Shown here piece by piece: positions 9,966-18,218 of a DNA stretch of 20,000 nucleotides. The notes under the pieces are model-generated. The model did not search any database and was not told the DNA's origin. It saw only the letters and a program-made list of their open reading frames with translations. Position 1 is the stretch's first letter; every line of letters begins with the position of its first letter. A program made the translations under genes and the position numbers. The stretch covers positions 1,109,627-1,129,626 of the forward strand of contig CP120458.1 of the NCBI GenBank assembly GCA_034226945.1. Direction: 5' to 3'. Source of the stretch: Picochlorum sp. SENEW3. Lineage: Eukaryota.

Positions 9966-10780
9966 TGGTCGTCCTTTTTTATTGTGTCTTTTTACAGACG
10001 GAAACACGACGAGCGTTTTGTTGAAATTGTGTCTCCCGTCGAATCGATGCCAGGAGCGGACATCTCTCAAAGAAGACAAAAGAGACCCTGTGGCTACCCT
10101 CCGCTCTCAATACCCAATCAAAGTCTCCTTTCCCTATAATGCTGGGCAAAAACACGCTTCCTTCTACCCGTATTACTATGAACCTATAGCATGGTGTACT
10201 TCCAGCAATCGAGCCGACCACAGATACTCTCAACAAGCAAGCGTGGCATTCGTGCTCTTGGCGCAACACACTCACTGCCACCCGTCTGCTTGAGCTTGGT
10301 TGTGTTCTTCTGCCGCCTCGTTGACTTGATTCAACAGTATTGCAATTTTAATCAACGATTCATGCACAAACCCATCAGGAGAGAGAGGTCCTGGACGTCG
10401 TGGCTCTGTCCAGTGTGATTGCCAAGGCATTGCCGTGGAACGGTGCGGGACCCTTCTCTGTGAATGTGGCCATACGTGGGTCGTATGATGGACTTATTAT
10501 GAACCTATGAATCATATTAATGACCCTTCCTGCCCATGGGTGACAGCTCTGCAGGCCCCTCCTCCTCGTCCCAACTAATGTGACGCGAACGGAATTGACG
10601 ACGACCAGCTGTGTTTTGAATGGAGACTTTCATTCGTCGTGGTGTCGGCAGGACGTTTTTGCAAGTATAATAATCCCATATTCAATGTAATTGAACACTA
10701 GAGCGATCGATACACACTCCCAAGTACCCAAGTGTTTTTTTTTCTCCTGCTGTAATTGAACACAATAAAAAATCGTGACC
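9966..10780 (+). mobile_element. ~815-bp TIR-bounded module, copy 1 (MITE/Pack-MULE-like)
   Basis: Left GGTCGTCCTTTTTTATTGTGTCTTTTTACAG vs right (rev-comp) GGTCACGATTTTTTATTGTGTTCAATTACAG; flanks TTTGGCCCGT / CATGGCCGGT (7/10); homologous along its length to 10803-11600. Confidence 0.6.
10047..10578 (+). pseudogene. Frameshifted cargo ORF of module 1 (unknown family)
   Basis: MPGAD... NTLTATRLLELG... AKALPWNGAG... MNHINDPSCPWVTALQAPPPRPN*, spread over different frames and conserved with modules 2 and 3. Confidence 0.45.
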
Positions 10781-10802
10781 CATGGCCGGTGTGCCGGTGT
10801 GG

Positions 10803-11600
10803 TGGTCGCCTGTTTTTATTGTGTCTGTTTACGGACGGAGAGACGACGAGAAGTAGTATGCGTGATGTCTCTCGTCGAATGGATGCCAGGAGCGGACACT
10901 GTCAGTGAGACCAACACACAGACTCTCTACTCCGCTCCCATCAAGTACCCAAGTACTCCTACTCCCAGAGGTAATAAACACCATTATTAACCTGTTACAT
11001 GGTTTACGTGTCCACAATTTTGCGAGCCGACCACAGATACTCCTCTCAACAAGCAAGCTTGGCATTAGTTGTTGGCATTCGTGCCAACACACACACAACC
11101 ATTCGCTTCCTTGAGCTTTGGAGTAGTCTGGCGTCTCCTTGATTTGATTCAGAGGGGTTGGAATGAAAATCAATGAGCGATTCGTACAGAAACCCACCAT
11201 AAGAAGGTCCTGGACGTCGGGGCATGTTGCGAAGGTAATGCCGTGGAACGGTCAAGGACACCACTCTCTCGCTCTCGCTCGCTCTCTGGAAGTAGCCATA
11301 CATGGGTGGTATAATTGGTTTAGTATGAGTCATATTAATGGCCCTTCCTGCCCATGGGTGACAGCTCTGCAGGCCCCTCCTCCTCTTCCCAACCAATGTG
11401 AACGGAATTGACGACGACCACCCACACAGGCTGTGTTTTTAATAGGGACTTTCATTCGTCGCGGTGTCAGCAGGGATTATACGTTTTTGCAAGTATAATT
11501 CCATGTTCAATGCAATTGGACACTCTAGACTGATCGATACACACTCCCAAGTACCCAAGTGTTTTTCTGCTGTAATTGAACACAATAAAAAATCGTGACC
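10803..11600 (+). mobile_element. ~800-bp TIR-bounded module, copy 2
   Basis: Same termini; shares long identical blocks with copy 1 (e.g. CCCTTCCTGCCCATGGGTGACAGCTCTGCAGGCCCCTCCTCCTC; ATCGATACACACTCCCAAGTACCCAAGTGTTTTT). Confidence 0.6.
10883..11411 (+). pseudogene. Frameshifted cargo ORF of module 2
   Basis: MPGAD... NTHTTIRFLELW... HVAKVMPWNGQG... MSHINGPSCPWVTALQAPPPLPN. Confidence 0.45.
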
Positions 11601-12049
11601 TTTCAGATTTAACGACAATTTTAACGATTTCACCCCAGTGTTTTGTGCTGTAATTGGGGATCTCTTATACCGCACATTTTGCCACCCTAGAGATTGTCGA
11701 TAAGACAATAGCAGTCGCATCAGACCACAATTATTTCCCTTTCCAAGCCAAACAGAAGGATATGAATCCGATGGAGATTTTGATCCCAAACAAGATTGGA
11801 TCTGGGACAAAGACGTCCAGTTATCGCATTTTCGTCATTTTTTGAAACGGGACCGTCAGAGCCTTTTGGCCTGAAAGTGACATATATTGTAGAAAATAGT
11901 ATAAATAAGCCAAAATTTTGTTTATGGGGCCTATAGCCCATCCTATTCGGTGCAGTTGCGAATCGAAGATTGCGCCATTTTGCCTATCTCGCGATTGCGG
12001 GCCCCGATTGCCCCGATGGAACGTCAAAACGAAAGAATAAACATATAGT

Positions 12050-12950
12050 ATGGTGAATCGAGAGTGAGATGAGAAGAAGAAGGCGATCAGGAGAAGCCAG
12101 AGCGCTTTGAAAATTTGCTAAATTTGATGATTGCATAGTTTGTGCGCTTTATCGCTCAAGACTAGAATAAGTGGAAACATTTTTTCTCAAATATTAACGA
12201 GATTTAAATCTTTTTTCATATGGTGGTTTGAGGAGAGAGAAAAAGGGAACCAAAGGTCCGTTAGTCAGAGGTGACCAGACCTCACCTCTGTCCCACGAAT
12301 CCATGGTGAGCGAAGAGAGGCAGTCGAGAGCATCTAGGTGTGCGATTCGTGACCTCATACGACACTCTTGTCCTCTTACTCCAGACTATATTGCTATATT
12401 TGCTTGTATTATGCGCAAATGGGAAAAAGAAAGCTTTAGGGAGTGAGAAACAGTGGGTACCAAACGCATATGCTCTCGTAGCTGAAGAACCAAGATACCA
12501 CTCAGTAAGGAGCTGGGTTGGTTGTGTATGGCTGTGATTGTGACACATGAAGATGCTTTGCATTCACCGAGTGTTTAGATAGACCATGAATATGACAGAA
12601 AGTATCAGGTATGGATACAGGAGGTATTGTGAATGATTCTCAGAGTCCAAGTGCCCATACCCAACGACTACGCAGGTTCCAGCCCTTGACTCATAGGCCA
12701 TGAGCACACCATTACAATGGATAAAGCCCAATTGGGGCCACAGAATGGCATCGCGGCAGAAGACAGCGTCAAGTTGGTGTTTTCAAGCGAAGCTGAAGAT
12801 GCCCGTGCAAAGCAGTTGATTACGATTCCTGGTGTAAATTGTCCTTCAAATGGCCAATATTGGCGAATAATTGCCCATAAGTTGATTTAAATTGCATTTT
12901 ACCCGATATCATCGCAAGCCACGCCTTTGATGAAGAGATCCCCCCGGCCC
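12050..12950 (+). pseudogene. Possible decayed coding sequence, family unknown
   Basis: Complex, non-repetitive sequence with protein-like stretches interrupted by stops; includes EDARAKQLITIPGV at ~12795-12837. Confidence 0.2.
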
Positions 12951-13003
12951 TTGTTGAACACAATAAAAATCGTGACCTTGCCAAACTTGTCAAACTTGTC
13001 GCG

Positions 13004-15048
13004 TGGTCGTCTTTTTTATTGTGTCTTTTTACGGACTAATATCACGACGAGCGTTTTGCTTCTGAAATTGTGTCTCCGGTCGAATGGATGACAGGAGCGC
13101 ACCACAGTTCAGTGAGAGAGCCACAGGGTTGAACAAGCTAGCGTGCTCTTGGCGCAACACACTCACTGCCACCCGCCTGCTTGAGCTTGGTTTGCTTTCT
13201 TCTGTCGTCTCCTTGACTTCATTCGATACTATTTTAGATGGTGGAGTGACAATCAACGATAAATACAAAAATCCACGAGGAGAAGAGGCTCCTCGACGTC
13301 GCAGCATGTTGCCATGGCTTTGTCGTGAACGGTTGGGGACAGTTTTCTCCCTCTGTAGCCATGCGCTGGTGCTATACTATCAAAATTGATTTATTATTAT
13401 TATGAATACATGAATCGTCTTCATGGCTCTTCTTTTTCTTACCCCCCTTGGGGAGCGACTCCTATCTGCTGCGATGCTAGTGGAATTGACGACGATATAC
13501 AGGATATTCTATAGTAGTAGAAACATAGAACATTAGCTCATGTCGCAATGCCAAATTTTTGATGCGTCGAATGTTGCGGTCCCTTGCGTGATGAGGTCCC
13601 AGATACAGTGGTGGCAATAACGCATGTGTGACGCATGCTTGTTCCAAATTCACAGACTGATTTCGCATCACGAGGTATGATGACGCATCCTGTGAGGTAT
13701 GCTGTGCCCATGCCCAGTTGGGGGCAGTGACGGCAATATTGAGGGGCATTGAATTATATTTATTCCTTCTATGACGGTACATAGATCTTATCAGGCGATA
13801 GTCTGCCCCCAGTATGGACAGTGCATGTTGTAGGCCTGTGGGATGCATCCTCTAGGCCTCTTGTGGTGAACCTACCCCTATTGTTTGTCGTCGAACGTTG
13901 CTCTTTCGCTCTGTGCTTTCCGCTCTTTCTTTTGTTTTTCCTTTTTCGAACAGATGGATCGATTTGTCCTGCGAGCCTGGCGCGTGGCTTCTTCTTTTTT
14001 CTTCTCTTGCCTCGGTTTGGGGCTTTGCCTGCTGTTGCAATCATCTTTTCAACTCCTTTTCTTCGTTCTTGGCGGTCATTTGAATCTCGACTATTCGACA
14101 CGGTGTCAAATACTAGTGGAGCCCCATTCAACAACCAACCTATTGGTGAGGGTGAGCTCACCTCCTTTCTTGTCACAGGCTCTCTTTGTATTGTTGTTCC
14201 AATCAATGTTGATTGGTAAAGAAACGCATGGGAATACATTCTGTTTGTTCTTTGTTTTCGTTTTGTTTGTTGTTGTGTAGCAGAGAAGCCTTTCTTTTTT
14301 TCTTCTGTAGTTGTAGCTCCTACATTCATTCATCCAGGTCAGAGCAGCTCTTGTGATGGCCACATTCCCTAGTCTATTGGTGGACAGGCAGCACCTATCA
14401 TTTCAATCAAAACCAGATTGATTCTGCTATACATCTTTTGTTCTGTTCATTTTGTACAAGGATACGACATACTACTAGAAATACTGCTCAAAAAGCAGTC
14501 GCGTGTCAGGACAGCAGGGTGTCTTTGCATGATTCCCCCAACAGATCTCTGTGTGAATGTCCACATCCATCCTGTATTCACACGTTGTTCTGCTTACCAT
14601 ACGATAGAATAGATCGATTAGAACATATTTTTTGATTATTCGTGTTATTGTTGTGTTTTCTGAATCCACGAATCAGTGTGTGTATGGAGCTGTTTTGCTG
14701 TTTTGTTGGTTGAGTCTGTGGACGGTGGGTGAGCACACATTGTGTGCTATTGCTATTGCTACTACCCCTCTCTTCGTTGTTTCTACCTCTCGGGTAGCAA
14801 TGGCACTGATTATTGTTGTTATTTAGTAGTCGTAGTAGTCGTAGTAAACCAACAGTAATAGTTGTAGAGAAGAAGAAGAACAAAAGGTGTAGTAGTAGAG
14901 CTTTTCTTTCTTCCAAGGTCTCCCTCTCATAGGGTAGATAGACTGAAGGCATCGGTCCGACGTGGTATTGGACCGATCGATAAGGTCGGACTTCTAATTT
15001 TTTTCAGGCGTGTCCATCGTAAATGAGGACAATAAAAAAGGACGACCA
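13004..15048. mobile_element. ~2.05-kb TIR-bounded module; left arm is a third, internally deleted copy of the 800-bp unit (13004-~13497), right arm reads inward on the minus strand
   Basis: TGGTCGTCTTTTTTATTGTGTCTTTTTACGG at 13004 and rev-comp TGGTCGTCCTTTTTTATTGTCCTCATTTACG ending 15048; both followed inward by GTCG(A/G)A..GATG; no TSD found. Confidence 0.45.
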
Positions 15049-16443
15049 TCAAAACCACACGCTTTAACCGCTCGGCCACACTCAGCGTGCTTTTTGTGGC
15101 TTTTTTCATCTCCCATCACAATGGAGTTTTGACCGGTGGTGGTAGTTTCTTTTCGATGTTGGTTTCCTTTGTCCGATGGAAGACCCCTTCTGATGGGAGC
15201 GCCTGGATATGTGGAGCACACAGCAGTCAGGAGGAGAGCTGATGAGCAGTCTTTCTTTGCTGTAAAAACACGACGAGATCTTCCCCATTCAAAGACGCTG
15301 CGCAGTTATATACTACTATTACTATACTCATTGCAACTCATGAAGTCTATGTAAGTAAGTAAGTACGCGTGCCTCGCATGATGATGATATTGAGAGATGC
15401 TCCAGCATTGCAGCTGCTGCAATGTTCCTCTGGTGCTTATCTCAGCTTGCTTGTTGTTGTTGTTGTGAAGACGACGATTTCTTTTCATTTTATTCTTGTT
15501 TCATGTCTTCTATTTATTCTTTTTATATATACTACTACTATTATACCTCTCTCTATCTCATATGTTGTCTGTGTAGGGTAGCTCCTTGTTGTTCTTCTTG
15601 TGTGCATGAGACTTGTGTGCTTTGTTCTGTTCTGTTATTATTGGTTGGTATTATTGCTCGTGTCGATTGTTGTGCATGTTATTATCATTATTACTACTAC
15701 TACTATTATGAGATATCTACTTTCTCCTTTTGATTGCTTTGCTTCTTTGTTGGTGTGTTGTCTCATGTTCTGTAGCAGCAGCAGCAGTAGTAGTAGTAGT
15801 GGTGGTGGTGTGAATGCTAGATGGTTGTTGATTTATTGTATTCTTATTGTTGTTGTTATGTAGGGTGGCTGTTTTCTACACCCTTGCTTGGTTTGGTTGG
15901 TATGTTTTTGGTGGTGGTCCCAGTCAAGTCCTTTAAGAAGTCAAGGGGTGATGGGAAGATCGCCATTCTTCCTGTTCCGAGATGCTCCCTCTTCTTCAGA
16001 CATGTTTGTTGTTTTGCCCTGGTTATGCGACGTTTTTTTTACTGATGGGTGTTTATTATTATTATTATTATTATTGGTATTCTTCTTACTTACTTACTTA
16101 CTTAATATTGTGTCCTTCTGTTGATGTTGCTGTTGTTGTTGTGAAAAAGGACAGAGATTCTTTTCATTCATGCATAGCATAGTATAGTATAGATTGTTGA
16201 TGTGTCATTCTGATTATTATGAGATTTTTATCTTTTGATTTTGCTTTGCTTTGCTTTGCTTTTGTGTTGGTTGCTGTTGTTGTTGTCTTCTCTTGTTGTT
16301 GTAGTAGTAGTAGTAGTAGTAGTAGGAGCAGTAGTAGTAGCAGAGCTTGTGGTGTGCCGTGTCTTTTGTTGTTGTTGTTGTCGTTGTATATATATATAGT
16401 ATAGGTGGTTATTATACTACTTATTCTTCTTCTTGATATTGTA
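14988..16443 (+). repeat. ~1.46-kb diverged direct repeat, copy A (microsatellite-rich)
   Basis: Colinear with 18219-19695: shared CCGATGGAAGACCCCTTCTGATGGGAGCGCCTGGATATGTGGAGCACACAGCAGTCAGGAGGAG, GTGATGGGAAGATCGCCATTCTTC and GTGAAAAAGGACAGAGATTCTTTTCATTCATGCATAG, ending CTTCTTGATATTGTA. Confidence 0.93.
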
Positions 16444-17300
16444 AAGGGGTGTTCAGAACCTCAAACTTTTGGCTTGGGGTCCCTTTTCTGGTCGCGTGAG
16501 AGGCGTTTCGCTGGGTCTGTCGCTTTCAGCAGGCTTGTATATCTAATATCTCAAATGCCCTCTCCCAGATTTGCCATACTCGCGACGACCGACCAGATAG
16601 CGAGGGGTGGTTGAGAAGACCAGTGCAACAGCCTTGGGGTCACTTTTCTGGTCGCGTGAGACATCTTCCTCGGGGTCTGTTACTTTCAGCAGGCTTGTAT
16701 ATATAATATCTCAAATGCCCTCTCCCAGATTTGCCATACTCGCGACGACCGACCAGATAGCGAGGGGTGGTTGAGAAGGCAGCTGCAACACCCTTGGGGT
16801 CACTTTTCTGGCCGCATGAGACATCTTCCTCTGGGTCTGTCACATTCAGCAGGCTTGTATATATAATATCTCAAATGCCCTCTCCCGGATTTGCCATACT
16901 CGCGACGACCGACCAGATAGCGAGGGGTGGTTGGGAAGGCAGCTGCAACACCATTGGGGTCACTTTTCTGGCCGCATGAGACATCTTCCTCTGGGTCTGT
17001 CGCATTCAGCAGGCTTGTATATATAATATCTCAAATGCCCTCTCCCGGATTTGCCATACTCGCGACGACCGACCAGATAGCGAGGGGTGGTTGGGAAGGC
17101 AGCTGCAACACCATTGGGGTCACTTTTCTGGCCGCATGAGACATCTTCCTCTGGGTCTGTCGCATTCAGCAGGCTTGTATATATAATATCTCAAATGCCC
17201 TCTCCCGGATTTGCCATACTCGCGACGACCGACCAGATAGCAAGGGGTGTGTTTGGGAGTCACTTCCCAACGCTTGGGATACGATTGTGGGCACGTGAGC
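16444..17300. repeat. Tandem array of a 160-bp unit, five full copies (starting 16473, 16633, 16793, 16953, 17113) plus degenerate ends
   Basis: Exact 160-nt periodicity of TTGGGGTCACTTTTCTGG...CAGCAGGCTTGTATATATAATATCTCAAATGCCCTCTCCC...CTCGCGACGACCGACCAGATAGCGAGGGGTG. Confidence 0.97.
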
Positions 17301-17329
17301 ACTATATCGTAGCGTCCGTGGTGCTACTA

Positions 17330-17683
17330 AGCCTTGCATGTATCCGAAAAACCTATGCAAGGAGCCAGATGGCGCATTTACATGGCGAGGACCCACCTTG
17401 GCCACCGCATGTTTTTGCAATGGGCCAGGAATCAAAGCACAAGCAGTTGCCTCAGACTCGAAGGTTGAAAGCTCTCACCCGTGGTTTGCCGGCTTTAGGC
17501 ATTTCATATGGACTTGATGAGAAGGAACTAGCAGTGTAAAGAGATTTCTCACTATCCATTGCCGGCATTAAGGAGTAGTTCGCGTCGCATTCACCAGTGT
17601 TCCCAACAGAATTCACAACAACCTCTGGGCAAAGCAACCCGTATAAGTTTGATTGCTGGAGGGAGAAATATATATCAATATAA
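17330..17683 (+). pseudogene. Possible decayed coding fragment after the array
   Basis: One frame reads ...RRLKALTRGLPALGISYGLDEKELAV*RDFSLSIAGIKE*FASHSPVFPTEF...KFDCWREKYISI* with two internal stops (17537, 17576); family not recognised. Confidence 0.22.
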
Positions 17684-18218
17684 GATAGAGGGTGGGAACC
17701 AACTTGACAAGAGTCCGTGGCTGTTTGGCACTGTTGTGATTGTTGTTGTCGTGACATTCCCGTGGGGAGGGTTGTTGTTGGGACCCTGTTGTGCTCCGTG
17801 GCGGTCAGCCATTCGCTTTTTTGACTGATATATAATTTTAAAGCAAGAATGACGCTCCTTCATGTCCATGGAGGAATATTCCGGGCGTGTTCGTCCCAAC
17901 CGTCGCGACGCGATCGGAAACGACGACCATTCGGTTCGTGACATCCATTCGACTCGGCACCGAATGAAATGGCCCTTAATATTGTTATATTTGTCCAATC
18001 ATCCAATACCAACAACCAATACTGCTATACACTGCCGGTGAGTGGCAAGGGTGTGGGATCACCGAGGCCACATGAGGCGTTGTGTGCAAGAAGGTGGCTG
18101 AGTGCGTTTTCTGTTTCGGGTCACATCTGCAGTGTTACCACCAAGTGTTGAATGTATCCAAAGAAACTATGAAAGGTGCCAAATGGTCCATTTATACAGC
18201 AGGGACATTGATGACGCC

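Larger units (their letters stand above)
9797..12977. mobile_element. Putative outer non-autonomous TIR element (motif + at 9797, motif - ending 12977) enclosing two ~800-bp family members
   Basis: TGGTCACCTTTTTTTACTGTC at 9797 and AACACAATAAAAATCGTGACC ending 12977; 10-bp flanks CAGTCTAACT / TTGCCAAACT match at 6/10. Confidence 0.35.

Noticed and set aside
9438..10139. 233-aa ORF
   Set aside because: It runs straight through three terminal motifs and module boundaries, has no recognisable domain and is not conserved in paralogous modules.
11926..12005. tRNA-like sequence (GGGGCCTATAGC...GGGCCCC)
   Set aside because: Only an acceptor-like stem; no D-loop GG pattern, anticodon arm or GTTCRA T-loop.
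12266..12290. Perfect 9-bp hairpin CAGAGGTGA/TCACCTCTG (and near-palindrome at 13832-13859)
   Set aside because: Single occurrences without a Helitron CTRR end or other supporting context; compatible with chance.
16809..16875. HDV-like or hammerhead ribozyme in the 160-bp unit (GGCCGCATG...TTCCTCTG resembles the HDV 5' end and L3)
   Set aside because: No P1 partner or P1.1 GG could be found, the catalytic C is missing in most copies, and there is no CUGANGA/GAAA core on either strand.
16444..17300. CRISPR array interpretation of the 160-bp repeats
   Set aside because: The constant part is ~135 nt, the internal variable segments are near-identical rather than unique spacers, there are no cas genes, and the context is eukaryotic.
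16405..17539. ORFs spanning the tandem array
   Set aside because: The unit length is not divisible by 3, so frames shift in each copy; these are by-products of the repeat.
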